Source: Callorhinchus milii (lineage: Eukaryota). Taken from it: 64,000 nt of DNA. The notes beneath the pieces are model-generated. The model did not search any database, was not told where the DNA came from, and was given only the letters and a program-made list of their open reading frames with translations. Position 1 is the first letter of the stretch. Every line of letters starts with the position of its first letter. This document shows, one piece after another, positions 26,249-39,571 of the stretch. Both the position numbers and the translations under genes were made by a program. Location: NCBI RefSeq assembly GCF_018977255.1, contig NW_024704748.1:14570001-14634000 (forward strand), written 5' to 3'.

Positions 26249-26443
26249 CTATAGAGGCAACTGCCGACGTGGCTCTGTACGCAGGTCTAGTTGTGGCTGT
26301 GTTCATCTTCGTGATTATTTTGCTTGTGGTTGGCATCATCGTGTACAAGAGGAGTTGCCGGGACTTCGACACGGACATCACAGACTCCTCCGCAGCTCTG
26401 ACTGGAGGTTTTCAGCCTGTGAACTTCAAGACTGCCAGGCATG
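26249..26443 (+). CDS. UNC5B: UNC5B exon 9 (195 nt), transmembrane helix and DITD caspase site
   Basis: t15cag|CTATAGAG...AGGCATG|gtaagt; IEATADVALYAGLVVAVFIFVIILLVVGIIVYKRSCRDFDTDITDSSAALTGGFQPVNFKTARH. Confidence 0.97.
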
Positions 26444-29311
26444 GTAAGTGGACAACCATCTGGTCCATATTGTTATCTCCTTCATAAAACTACATCAGTA
26501 GCAATTGTGTTTTGGTCAGAAAATGACATTAGCCCTGCTTCCTGAGTAATCGAGAAGTCAGACATTTTTTAGTGCAGGCAGCTGGCTAGTCAATGCTTCG
26601 AGACAGGTATTTAGCTTTAGATCACTGCGAGTCCACAGGAAACAGCCATACACGTGAAGTAGAGAGTAATCAAGTGTCCAGAACAGGTGACCAGGAAAAG
26701 TGGTTGAGGTCAGGACACTGGGCTTATTTAAAAAGCAGCTCGATGCTGCCATGAGGGAATGGTAGGGTGGGTGTTCTGGGAGTATGAGATAAGATGGAAT
26801 GAAGGGCCTTATTTATCCATACCAATCTTGTGAAATATTAGTTTACATTTGCTTCTACATCTTGCCTGCAACTGTTTTCCAGCAAACGATCTGTAGATCT
26901 CTGGTGAACTCTTCGTGGCCTTCAACGTGACCTGTATATAACAGGGTTTCTGTAGAGGGAGTTTGTCTTGCGCACTGTTTTGTTCACTGTGCTATCAGCG
27001 GTAAATCTCAAAGAGCAGTTCACTTCTTCAGACAAGCAGTAACATGATCCTTTATTCGATGAAGAACTGGCAGGAATTATGTACTGCAAGCCGCAGAGAA
27101 CGTGATTTTTCAAACGGAGCAGCAGTTTGTGTGTGTAAAAGACATTCTTTATGAAACTCTGGTTTGGAAAGGATTTTTTTTTTCCCCCAGCAACACAGAC
27201 ATTGGTAGTAGTAATTTCTCTCATGTCTGTTTTTCTACTAAATTATTAAAGTTTGACGTGTGCATGAATTCTATAATGTGTTTTCTTGCTGGTTAATGAG
27301 AATGGGAGAAACTTGCAGCCCTTTGAATACTGCAGCTGGTATTGCTGGTTGGAAGGTAATGCAGTACCATTTAGTTCTTTTGATGAGATGCCAATACAAT
27401 GCGAGGCCACAATGACAGCTAAAGTTACAGTCTTTTATTGCAATTGATTTATTTCAATTACAAGGCTGGCAGAGAAGAACATATTCTGTGATGATTCAAT
27501 TAATACAAATGTAAGGCTGATGTCCTGTTGAAAAATTTGCTGTAACAATTCATATATGGGAATGTGCCACAAACATTAATCAGAAGAACATCAACTTAAA
27601 ATAGAAGAGCTACTTTTCCTTATAATTTTTGTCATGGAGCGCAAATTAATTTGTACAAATTGGCTGCCATATTTGCCTGCAAAACGCACACTGATCTATA
27701 CAGTTTTACCCCTGAAATGCTTTGGGATATGAAAGGTGCTATAACAAATGTAAGGAGCACCTCCAGTTAGGCTCAGTAACTTCCATCTGATATTGGTACA
27801 AAAATATTTTAACAAAAATGGTAACACTAATTGTTTTTTCTCGGTCGTTTTGATCTGTAAAAGAGCTGTAGAAACAGTTTCTGATGGTGTATAAATTCAG
27901 TGCAGTAAAGGTCTGTTTCTCTTTTGCTTTTGAGTGTTTTGACCTTAGCTGCAAAGCAAGTAAGTTGTGAGGCCCTGACTGGATGGGAGATCAGATGGGA
28001 AGTCTGCTCTGAGCTGTCCTCAACATAACATCTGATGGTTGGGCAGGTGGCTTGAGAGCAGGGCAATCACCCTCTGCTTTCCCTTACCCTGATACGAGGA
28101 ATAAGCTTTGGATGTTCAGTGTCTGATCACTCCTGTGAAAAATGGCCACTTGGTTGAGGTACCAGAAGTGGTAAAACCATACTCAGCAAAACCCCAAATC
28201 TTTGGGTGAGGAGGGGAGAAAATGACAGAGGGAAAAACTAAAAGGGTTAATATTGGTGAAGCTTCTGCTATATAAGTGACAGTATCCTGGATTTCTGTGT
28301 GGCACACACATAGTTAATCTGCTACCATAAGTCTCCTGAAGTCAACAGCAGCTTTTAAAAGCCTCATCACTTCTGCGTGATGTTTAATATCTTCTGTTAT
28401 GTTTGTCTGGATTGAATTGTGGAATGAATGATTCAAAAGGCTTCAGGAGACACAAGATTTACAAAATGTTTTACTTTTAGCCGCAATTCATAAATATCCA
28501 AATACAGGGCTAGAATTTACTGTCCAGTTAGCTGGATGTTTATCAGAATTCAAATGTGTGCCACACATGTATTTCTCCCAGGGAGCAAAGAAGAGGATGG
28601 CATTGGTTGCTTTTATGTACCAGACATACACACACAAACCCACAAGATAAAATGAAACCTATCAATGTTGTGATTTGGTTTGAAAACCTGCTCCACTGTA
28701 CTTCCAGGCCCATTTGTCTTGTAAATGCAACTGACACCTTATTCCCCACCTTCTTCACTAGGAATCTGTTAAGTGGTACATTCATAGGAGGCATTACTTC
28801 CTCCAGAGAAGCAGTTAGTCACCTCTGCATAATTGTTCCAATATTGACAAGCCTAATGGTTGCTGTCTGCAAAGTAGCTGCAAGACAAAGATTTAGTGCA
28901 ACGGTGAGAAAAAGTGTAGCTTGTTTCTACACGGGAAGGGAGTGTGAAATATGTACTGACTGTAATTAATGTAGGCCAGCCAATCTATGCCAGCACTGCA
29001 ACAAAGAATTGCTGTGACACTCCAATAGATTGGCAGAGACAAATATTCCTCACTCTGTGATACCTGCGCTGACTCTCTTTTTGGATTGCAACCAAGTTTC
29101 TATATTTTCAAACTGTGGTTGGTGGGGGGAGGTGCAGAGAAAGCAGTTTCACCATGGTATCCAAGTACCTGAGTTTTTTTAAGCATAAAAGTGAATGATT
29201 TGAACCCTATTTTATATCGATGAAAAAGGCTGTTTTTTTGGTCTTTGAATTGGCCGTATCCCATGCATAACCAAACCTCACTTCTACTTACGTGAGATTT
29301 TCCCTTTACAG

Positions 29312-29695
29312 ATCATCCTCAGTTGCTCAACTCCTCTATGCAACCGGACCTGACAGCCAGCGCTGGCTCTTATCGAGGACCCATGTACACCCTTCAGGAC
29401 ACAGCTGACAAGATACCAATGACAAACTCTCCACTACTTGACCCACTGCCAAGCCTGAAGATTAAAGTATATAATTCTTCCACAACCACTGCTGGACTGA
29501 CAGATGGAATAGATCATCCTGGGAAGGCACCATTGGGTACTTACCCAGGGGGAAACAGCAGGGACAATAATGTTATGAACACGAGGAACAAAACACTTAG
29601 CTCTCAGCATCTGAACACTCTGCCAAGGGAGCCCGGTAACAGTGCGATTGGGACCTTCGGTTGTTTGGGCGGTCGCCTTACGGTGCTCAATTCAG
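29312..29695 (+). CDS. UNC5B: UNC5B exon 10 (384 nt), cytoplasmic linker to start of ZU5
   Basis: ccctttacag|ATCATCCT...AATTCAG|gtttgt; HPQLLNSSMQPDLTASAG...KIPMTNSPLLDPLPSLKIKVYNSS...GTFGCLGGRLTVLNS. Confidence 0.95.
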
Positions 29696-30857
29696 GTTTG
29701 TGCTTTGTGTGCATGTGTAACTGTGCTCCAGTAATGAGTTTCACATTCGAGCTGTGGTGCAGCATGTTGGGGAATGAGTGGGAGCAGTGTGCAGAGATAA
29801 TTGGAAGTGATTTACAAGACAGTAATCTTATCAGAAGATTCAAGGGTGAAAATCGAGTGGTTTCTCGCTGTTATCTGAGAGATTAGATTCAGTCAGATAT
29901 TGGTGCAGTACGCCTAGCATTGGTTTCAAATATGTACTGTCAATTTTGTGGGTTGCCTTCATTTGTTCTTGGGTCTGTTTTTATGTTAACAGAACTGTAG
30001 GGTGAACACCAGCAGTTTTGATACCCTGTGCAAACTTGTGTTTTTGATGGGTGATGACATTCATATTTAAGGTGTTTTTCATTGGATTAACGTTGCAGTG
30101 TCTCCATTAGCACAACTTCTAAGTATTTTTCAAAGTTCAGAATGTACTGCTGGAAGCTTAACAGTTGACATTGGTACCAGTGGCTCTGTTCCCTTTTGGA
30201 AACAAACATGCAGTGGGGGAGGGGAAGGTGGGGAGTAAATGTTGCCACTTGCTCTGAGCATTCCTTACCAAAAAACAGGAATCATGTGAATGATCAGTTG
30301 TGAGGAATCGTTTGAGTAAAAAGAGAATAATAGCTACCCGGAGGTAACTATCAAGCAGTAATTTCATTGAGTGGTTCAGATGGTAATAGAAAGTAATTGG
30401 ATTAGGTTCTGGTCTGCAACTTACTCCAAGGTATTCTTTATTCCACATAGAAACAATTTGAGTCCCTCAGTTAAGATCACCATTCCATAATTCAGTCACA
30501 ATTGTCCATTATTTTCTGTATAAACTATTTCAATCCCTCAGTACCGATTATCCTATATATGTAATAACTTAGATGATGCCTTGCAGTTACTGTTCATTTA
30601 ATATGAGTCCAGGAAGGGGTAGTACACTTTTCAGCAGATTTTTTTCAACAGCTGAAGGCACTGATCTAGTCTGAGGCCCTTGACATCCACAACAGAGATG
30701 CAATTACTGTAACATCATTACCACAGGTTTATGAACATCTAGTTTACAGTTGCTTACCAGAAAATCCTATGTCTGGTCACATTTCAGAATGAACAAGTCT
30801 CTTCACCTAAGCAGAGGCTCCTGACCAAATAATTCTAGCCTCTCAGATAAAGCACCT

Positions 30858-31037
30858 TGGAAATAACACAGCAGATCAATCAGCATGTGAAAAAGAAAGC
30901 TTGGGTTAAAGTTTCGGCTGTGATCCTTCATGAGGCTTGGAAGGGACACACCTGCACTATTATCCTGCCTTTCTCTTTCAAATACTAAGTGACCTGTGCA
31001 TTCCCGTTAATGTCTCTATCTATTTCAGATTTCCAGC
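30858..31037. mobile_element. Palindromic Penelope-like repeat remnant
   Basis: Inverted arms TGAAAAAGAAAGC/GCCTTTCTCTTTCA and GTGATCCTTCA/GGAAGGGACAC; ends TATTTCAGATTTCCAGC, resembling the common shark Penelope-derived inverted terminal repeat (recalled). Confidence 0.55.
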
Positions 31038-32534
31038 CTACCCACTCCTTCCTTTTGATCTTATAGCGCCTTTTTACAGTGTGCGGTTCGGCAAAACACA
31101 TATAGCAAGATCGTTCTGATAACCTCAATTGTGCGTATTTGAATGAAAGACTTTGTCAGGGAGCCCTGGGAAAATTGTAGTTTCATCTGTAAATTCTCAG
31201 TATCCCTGAGCAAAACTTTCCTCGTGTGGTTCAGTGCAGTGACAATGATAATGTACGATAACAGGGACAGAATGCCAGAGGTTAGAGTAATCTATGTCAT
31301 GGCACTTAGCAACATGAGGATTTTTGTTTGTTCCCTGGAATTTCTCCTAAAAGTGCAGCTCATGTCTGACAGAAATATTTCAGGTGCAGTTCAACTGGTA
31401 TGTGATGTGAAATGGAAAGGAGGATAACTTAACACTTAACAGAAAACTGCCAGCACTTACCAATAGATTAGTACAATGATGTTAGACAGTAACAGGATCT
31501 TTCATTTAAGAGTGTTTGGCTGCTGGCCATCAGTCAGCTTTGGATCTCGGGCAGCTGGTGATACAATACACCACATAAAGTGCTGGGGCCGATTGAGGAA
31601 ATACTGACACCTTAATATAATGTTTACATTACCTTAAAACTCTCCGAGCATGTTAATTTCAGGTCACAGGTCGCTTCCGCCTTTCGTATTATATAGCACC
31701 AAAATTTATATCATAACTACATGTGTCTCTGTTCAGACAAGGAAAAGGTAACAGCTGGCTCCAATCCAAAGGAAAAGATTGAATTCACATGTAAAGCAAC
31801 GTTCCTTTTCGTTGTAATTTCCTGTTTCAGTTCAGAATCACAAAGACTAATAAAATAAAGTTGATACCAATTCCTGGTCTCGCTCCTGTACCAACATCTT
31901 AAAAAAAAAAGTCACAGTGCAAAACATTCCGAGCAACCTGCAGTGATAGAAATTTATAGTTTGATAAATGTCATCTGTCAAGTACATTAACTAAACCCAA
32001 ACTTTCATTACAGACACTGCATCACTTAAGACTCCGAAACAGATTTCATTACTTTTGACACAAGCATTCTCTAAATGTCAGCATCGTTATAGATTAAAAA
32101 TGGCCTCAGCAGTTTAGTGTAGGTGAATATAAATCTGCAGAAACCTAAAAGGCATCTATTAGAAGCAATTACTCCTTAAGGCACTATTGACTTACACTCT
32201 ATCACTGAGGGTATTGTTTGTTCATTACAAAATATTATATCTCTCACAGATGACTGCGCTCTACTCAATTGTATTTGATTTTAGCAATTATCACACATCA
32301 AAATGTTAGAAAGAGCTTTATTCCATAAGCTTTGCAATCCTAACTTTGCTCCATCTGTTCTTCTTCACCATTGTGTCCTGTTGCACCTAATATCAAGGTT
32401 TACTATAATTTGACAAGAGTGACATTTATAAGGAAGTGTACTTTCTACACATGAGATCACATTAACAATTGGCTCTGGAACAGAAAATTATGGGGGTGGG
32501 AAGTGGGGTCACTCCTTGATCACCAGCTCTTCTA

Positions 32535-32720
32535 TCAGATGTGAGGTTAAATCGCGGTCCTGCCTGTTTGTTCTTCAGGTGAACGTGAAAGGTCTCAATA
32601 TACTGTTCAACCAGAGAAGGGAAATTCTTGTCCTGGTCAATAACGCTCCAAATAAATTGATCCTCCCCATGACTATTTGTGAGATCTTGTTGGCACAAAT
32701 TTGTTGTCATATTTCCTAGA
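32535..32720 (+). mobile_element. Old DeuSINE core fragment
   Basis: CAGATGTGAGGTTAAATCG, CAGGTGAACGTGAAAG, TCCTGGTCAA, TTTGTGAGATCTTGTTGGCACAAATT. Confidence 0.55.
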
Positions 32721-34074
32721 AAAAAACTCTGAATTTGATAGTAATGTACTTGTGAAGAACTAAGAGTGATAGGGAGCCATTGAAATGTAAGTTCATGTTG
32801 AAGAAGCATTTCATAGTCAGGGGAGTGTTAGAGACATTGCATTAAATGGGTTTTCTGTAAAGATTGCAGAAATGAAACTGTTGTAAGAGTGCACATGTTC
32901 ATTTGTTACCTGTTATAGGAAGTGTTGTAATATAGAGAGGATGTTCTATGTGTATTTCTTTAACGAGTGAATAGGAAGCAATTGGATACTCTTAACATAG
33001 ATTTCAAATACATGAAAGCGTCTTGAAATAGGATACTCACTGTATTCAACAAGTGGAAAATGATCAGAATGCACATTTTTACGATCCCAAAAGCACTGGG
33101 CCTGAGACCTAGCTTACCACTTCTACTTAGAATAATGGGTAAGAAAACCACAGATTATTTCTGCGTAAATTGTTACACAGTGACTTTCTAAGACCAGCTC
33201 CCCTGAGGCACATCGACACGATTAGGATAGCTCCCAATTCACTCAGAAAAATTGTCTCATTCTGTTCAGTAATGATGCAGAACCAAGGATGGCAGACTGG
33301 ATTTTAAGCCTCCAGCAGAGAACCTGTACCTCTTTAGTCCATGTGGCTAAATACTGCAGATTTCCTTGGCATTTTGCAGGTGTGACAGATGGAAGGCATT
33401 GAATAAGATCACAAATTAGGATTGGTTTTTGAACCTTAAACTGATCTTTGCAATTCTATGCAGAAGTTGCTGTGCGAGGTCACTACTGGACTCAGAATTC
33501 TAAAATTCCAGCAGAATCTCCCTTTCAAATGAGAGGAATTTCCAACAAACTACAAAATGATCAAGGTTCAAAATTTGAGCATTAATGACTTTCTGCCTAA
33601 GAATCCTTCAGCTTGATTTATGACTCGCATTTACCAAACAGGCAAGCGATGCCTAGCAGCAGAAACTCAATACTTTACCAACCTTAGCCATATTGACAGC
33701 TTGTTCAGTTTAGACAGCTTGGATCAGTTCTATAAGCACTTTGAGATATTCATCTTGTGTGAAAGATGCTATCCAAAGCAAGCTGTTGTTACAGTATTCA
33801 ACTAGGATGTCAACCATCCACTGAACACTGGAGCTATGGATTATTCTACTGCTTTGGTCCTGTTATAGAGAGAGGATGTCAAAACTGCAGTGTAATGGAG
33901 ATTGTGAAATATTAAAGATTATTGGAATGCAAAGTTATTGTCTTGATGGAGGATGCACTTTTTGATCTAAAATGTAGTTTGATATCATGTTGTACATTAA
34001 AAATATAATTATGATCCATCTTGATTCTTCCTCCAATATTAGAAGTAAATTTACCCTTTTCCTTTCCGCATCAG

Positions 34075-34162
34075 GTGTCAGCCTATTGGTGCCTCAGGGG
34101 GCAATTCCTCAGGGCAAGTTCTACGAAATGTACCTAATAATCAACAAGAGAGAGAACACACT
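34075..34162 (+). CDS. UNC5B: UNC5B exon 11 (88 nt), ZU5
   Basis: ttccgcatcag|GTGTCAGC...ACACT|gtaagt; (G)VSLLVPQGAIPQGKFYEMYLIINKRENT(L); absent from ORF track. Confidence 0.95.
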
Positions 34163-35558
34163 GTAAGTACAGTATTATGCTTTCTAATGTGAATATCTGC
34201 ATCTTGTACACAACAGCCTGGAATGATATGGTGCTTCATGTGGAGAAACAGCTCCTTTGTCCTATAGGGATGACAAAGAGCTGGGATGTTCGATATAGGC
34301 AAGGTCGAGGAGGAAGTTTCTTAGGAGTTATTTAAGACAGAATACACAATGAGCCTAAACACTGCAACGGCACAGTAACGCCTCAGTAATGCAGAACTTG
34401 TTGGGCCAACACCATTCAATTACAGCACCACATTCAAGTTCCAAAAAACAAACATGCATTTGACCTTCGTCTTAAAAGTCACCACCATTCTTCCTCTTTT
34501 TCCTGGCTCCTTTTACAAGGGTTTTGTTGGGAAATATTCTGGCAAGCTATGTGCCTGGAAGAACTGCTCTAACAACTTTACTCACATGGTATGTAAGATC
34601 ACCAGAGCAGTGGTGGTCTCACATACTGTGTACATTTTTTTTTAAATGTTGTATATATTGTAAATTCTGCATGAGGATAGATAAAATGTTATTTTTGCAA
34701 TTCTTCTTCAGAGAGAATTTGTGAGGCATGTCCAATGATCTTCCAAATAAACAAGTGCACTGGAGGGAGTTAAGTCTACACGACTTGTTCAGTGCTTGTC
34801 CAAGCCAAAAAAAAGGGGATGTTTCTCATGGTTACGAGTAAACCAGTGCAGTGAGAAGCAGTTTCAGTGACATCAATTGCCTGTGCCTCACAAGTATGGT
34901 GCACCTATTAAAAGTGATTCAGATTTTTTTTTAATACAGTAGCTCATCATTGTCATTTGAAGGCCAATACAAATGCCCTGAATTCAATGCAAATGAGCAG
35001 CTTTAGAAGACATTGAAATATTAGTGAAAACAGCACCTGACTTCTTTCTCACTGTTGCAATAAATTGTTCTGTGTGTGTGTTGAGGGGAATGTACACCCA
35101 TTATTATGCTGGAGGATGGTGCTTGCCATGTATTTGTCTTTCATCTGCTAATTGTATTACAAGCTTGGGAGTAAAAATCATATGGCTCTCAATAACAAAC
35201 CTCTACAAACACAGACCACCACTCAGAGGTGAGTCCTGAAAGCTCTTTCAATTATTGAAAACAAGCTTTCAAGTTGAAACTGAATTGAACAATTTTCCAA
35301 GTTCTCCGCACTCTGAAATACTATGTTAAATAGAGTAACTCTAGTACCAAGGGGAATTTCTACTCCTGCATTGTGAAAACACTTCTTATATTAGAGTGTA
35401 GACTTCATCCCTGGCCTCATCTCAAGAGTGAACTGTCAAAGTGTTACTGCATTCTGGTGTGCGTGTGTGTGAAGTGTACAAGTTTAAATGCAGCAACAAA
35501 AACACAAGGTAGAAACTACTAGAATTTTGCTTTTAAGCTTTTTTTTAAAGTATGACCG

Positions 35559-35575
35559 TGCTGCCATCTTGTGGT
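35559..35575 (-). promoter_or_regulatory. Candidate CTCF site in intron 11
   Basis: Minus strand ACCACAAGATGGCAGCA vs consensus CCASYAGRKGGCRSY (1 mismatch); motif only. Confidence 0.4.
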
Positions 35576-35692
35576 AAAAATAATTGCCAATGTTTTTCCT
35601 TTATTTTTGTGAATATTGAGGAAAAATTCCAGAAGCGAAAACTGCCATGTTTGTTGCTTTAACGATGACTGATCTTTGGATATTTTTCAAAG

Positions 35693-35861
35693 GCCTCCAT
35701 CTGATGGCTCACAGAATGTCCTAAGTCCCATGGTAACCTGTGGCCCAACAGGGATGCTGCTGTGTCGACCTGTTGTCCTAAGCATCCCCCACTGTGCAGA
35801 TGCCACTGGATCGGACTGGACCTTAAAACTCAAGACACAGTCTCACCAAGGGGTTTGGGAG
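35693..35861 (+). CDS. UNC5B: UNC5B exon 12 (169 nt), ZU5
   Basis: tttttcaaag|GCCTCCAT...TGGGAG|gtaagg; PPSDGSQNVLSPMVTCGPTGMLLCRPVVLSIPHCADATGSDWTLKLKTQSHQGVWE. Confidence 0.95.
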
Positions 35862-37695
35862 GTAAGGAGTGAGAATTCCCAAGTTCTCTGCTAATGTAAT
35901 ATTTCAGCTTTAATAACGGTTTGAATGTATCCTTAAAAACTATAAAGACGTGCATGTATGTTGTGCGGATTTGTTTTTATCCCATTTGTGTATGTGGATT
36001 TTCTCATCACTCTACTAGATCTCCTGCAAAATGTGCAATATCCCCAGCCGAGAGAGCTAGTAGGCTCTGCTTGGTTTTGTCAATGTCTTCCTGTTAGACA
36101 CAGAAGGGTCTTCAGGTCAGCCAGCTCTCTGATCTGTGTGAAAGCCCCTTGTCTCTGCTTTGTGCTCACTTCCCCCTTCTATCCAGTGACAGAATTGAAT
36201 CTGGGAACTTGTTTTGTGGATGTCACGGATCCATTACGACGCTACAACACTGATCAGGCTGGCCTGGGCACCTCACAGTTTGTTTTGTGTGGTCCTCTTG
36301 CTTCTTTGTTATTCTTTACTCATATTGATGATAGATGCCAGAGCTTTATCAAATTGCAGTGTGAAATCTTGCTGCATTCACTTCAAATTAGGGCAATAAC
36401 CAAATGAAATATGGCTTGTTTGCTTGTCATAATGACAAAGCTGTGTAAAAAAAAAAATTAGATTACTGAAACCTTTCAAAATTCTGTCCTCTTGAATATG
36501 ACATCAGGTCATATTTATTAGATTTAAGTGTCTGAGGAGGATTACTTAATGTCTGGGCTCAGATGCATTGTTTGATTGATTGAATGGTAAGGTAGACTTC
36601 AGATTGATTTTGCCTATTTTAAAGATATATTAGTTTTTCTGACCCACAGCAACAAGTTTGCCTTAGCAAAGATATATATATCATTTTTGAAGACACATTA
36701 AACTGCTTGAAAGAGGTAATCTACAAAGAATTTTAAATGGAAGATTGTGCGACCTGCATTTCTCAAGCTACGTAGATATAAGTGGAGCTTGCAATGTGAG
36801 GAGGCTCAAAGGAATGATGCAACTAGACAAGACAGATTCAGTTGGTCAAATAAATATGACGGAAAATAGACAAAGCTCTGGGTGGGGTGAGTGAATACAG
36901 CTCATGTTAGGGTAGGCTTTATTCTTGAGTTCAAGAAGGAACAAACTTGATTCTCTGAGCGACTATTTCAAGGTTCCTGCTTCTTTAATACCCAATGATG
37001 TTATTGTAAGATTATTAATGAACTGATGCTAAGTTATTTGCACATAAATTTCTGCCTTGTATGCTAAATGCCTTGGATGGCTGTGTTATCTTTGCCAATA
37101 TATTCAGGAAGGGAAGTAGATGCCCGTGACTTTTGCCGATGGCTGCAGTCAGCTTGAGGCAATGTTTCTGCTTCTCACTTACTGAAAGGAAGCTCTTGAG
37201 TCCGAATGAATGGAACCGGCATCATTCTAACCTTACAATGACAGTTTATAGTTCAGTCTTGTTTGCAATTGAGCTGGCCTTTTTCATTACTGTAGATTTC
37301 TATGTCATTATTTCCAAATAGGTTGACTGTCATAAAGGTGGGGATTTTTGCATATTGCTGGTTATATTGAGAGACCAGATTGCAATGAAGTATGCAAAAT
37401 AAGCAGGAGAAACTGGCATGTTAATGTATCAAGGAAGTGAGCAATTTATGCAAATAAATATATTCAATAATGTGGGTTATGATGGATCTGGTAAAATGTA
37501 CAAGTCTGAACTGGAAGAGATTAAAGGGCTTGAGATCTCTTGACCAGGCTGATATTTTCTATTTGCCTGTGTTAATAAATACAGTCTATTCACCTATCCA
37601 ATCTAGGATTCGTTGCAGCAGTTATACACATTCGTGAGCATTGTTTCTTTCATTCCTTTCATCTGAAATGCACTGCTTGTCTGTTCTTTCTTTAG

Positions 37696-37929
37696 GACGT
37701 GGTGACACTTGATGAGGATAGAATAAACATTCCCTGTTACTGTCAGCTGGATTCCCAGTCCTGCCACATCCTTCTGGATCAACTTGGCACTTACACACTT
37801 GTTGGAGAGTCCTTCTCAAGATCTGCCATCAAAAGACTCCAACTTGCCATATTTGCACCCACCTCATGTACTTCTCTGGAGTACAGCCTTAAAGTGTACT
37901 GTGTGGATGATACTCCTGATGCTTTAAAG
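37696..37929 (+). CDS. UNC5B: UNC5B exon 13 (234 nt), ZU5 C-terminus/UPA start
   Basis: tctttctttag|GACGTGGTG...TTAAAG|gtacag; DVVTLDEDRINIPCYCQLDSQSCHILLDQLGTYTLVGESFSRSAIKRLQLAIFAPTSCTSLEYSLKVYCVDDTPDALK. Confidence 0.96.
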
Positions 37930-39571
37930 GTACAGATTACTTTTAAACTCCCTCTGTGTGGATTTTTCTTCTCAAAATAACATTTTACTCCCAAGTCAGA
38001 CCCTCTTTATAAAACTATTTTAAGAGTCCTGCAGGAAGTCAAGTGAGTCAGGAAGTTGCATTAAATTGGAAAGGTGTGTGTATGGTTTCCTCATTAGTAA
38101 GTAAAGAAAACCTGAACAATGAAGGGAGTCTTCCTGCTGTCACTCATTAAGACCATTAAGAAAGAAATCCATCCTGATGTGCCCAGGGTTTGTAACATTT
38201 GAAGCAAACAATCACGAAAGGGAAATTGTAAATATTTAATGGAATCATAATGAGCAGTTAGCAAAGTCATTAATGAGTCCAAATAAAATCAACCCGGACT
38301 TTCATGCCCAATGCAAAAGCCACATTCACTGAGGCAGATTTTTATATAAAAACATTTTGGTAATTTTAATCACTGAAGTGAAGATTATCAGATTGTGTAC
38401 ATCCTTAACTGGGGAAAAATGTAGAAAAGGCAATTTTCTGAGATGTGACCTGGTGATTCATAATATTCAACCTCATCATTTAATCCATAGATTGACACTA
38501 GTCACTGTGCCAGTCTCTCATATCTGATGTGGTAACTTTAAAAAATATGGGGTTTTCCTACTGTCATCATTCCTGTGATTCTACCATCAACACAGGAGGA
38601 TATAAAATATTAAAAATCTGTTGGATTTTCTGTAAGTCTTATTAAGCTTAAATGAGGTGTTCTCCTTCAGGAACAATATCATATGTGAGTCATGAAGGTA
38701 ATGTCATGTGGATCAGTTTGTTGAAAGTTTATAGATGGACTTTCAGGAAATAGCATTAAGTTTCATTCATGCTCCCACAAATCACACAAGTCATTGCACT
38801 TCACAGTATTTTCTGCGAAGTACTTTGGGACATCCTCCCCAAAACATGTAAGGCACTATAGCAAATGTAAGGATTATTCTTATTATAACTTTGCATTTGT
38901 GTGAAGGTGTGTGACTTCTATCACTCTGTTTCTTTATCGTTTCCCTGAGCTGATTAAGGTTTTGGATCATAGATTTTGGGCTAGTCTCCAGAATTGTGCA
39001 AGTTTTCACAAAACAGCACATAGCCTAGTATAGGCGACATGGAAGCTCAAAGTGACTTTGGTTCAAGTACAAGAAGTCTCCAAATCACTCTAGTCACCTC
39101 ATTTTATGTGATGTTTAATTTATTGTTCATTTTTTTAAGGCAGATATCAATAATGCCATTTAGGCTTTCAGCAAATAAATGACAGATTTATTTTCTGTTT
39201 TAATTATAAATATATTGGCAAAATCACATCTCTGTAATTGCTGTCTGCAGCAGCTTTGAAAATGTTATTGATTGCATTTGCTGCAGTAGAATTTGTTCAT
39301 GTATGAAGTCATTTTTAATGCTTTGGGCTAAAAGAGATGAAGGAGCTTTAGGTAAAATGAATACGATTTTAAAAAAATCACTGAACAGCATTTTTTTTAA
39401 TGCGAAGCATTGAGAACGTCTCAGCATTTGAACTGGAAATGAAGAATTCAATGATTGGAAACCATCTCAAACCATCTCAGTCCACATATCATTGCAATTT
39501 AGTTGACCTTTGAATAACTTCCTTTGTTATTTACTGGTGAAAGCCTTACCCCTGACTTGATATTAAGTGTT

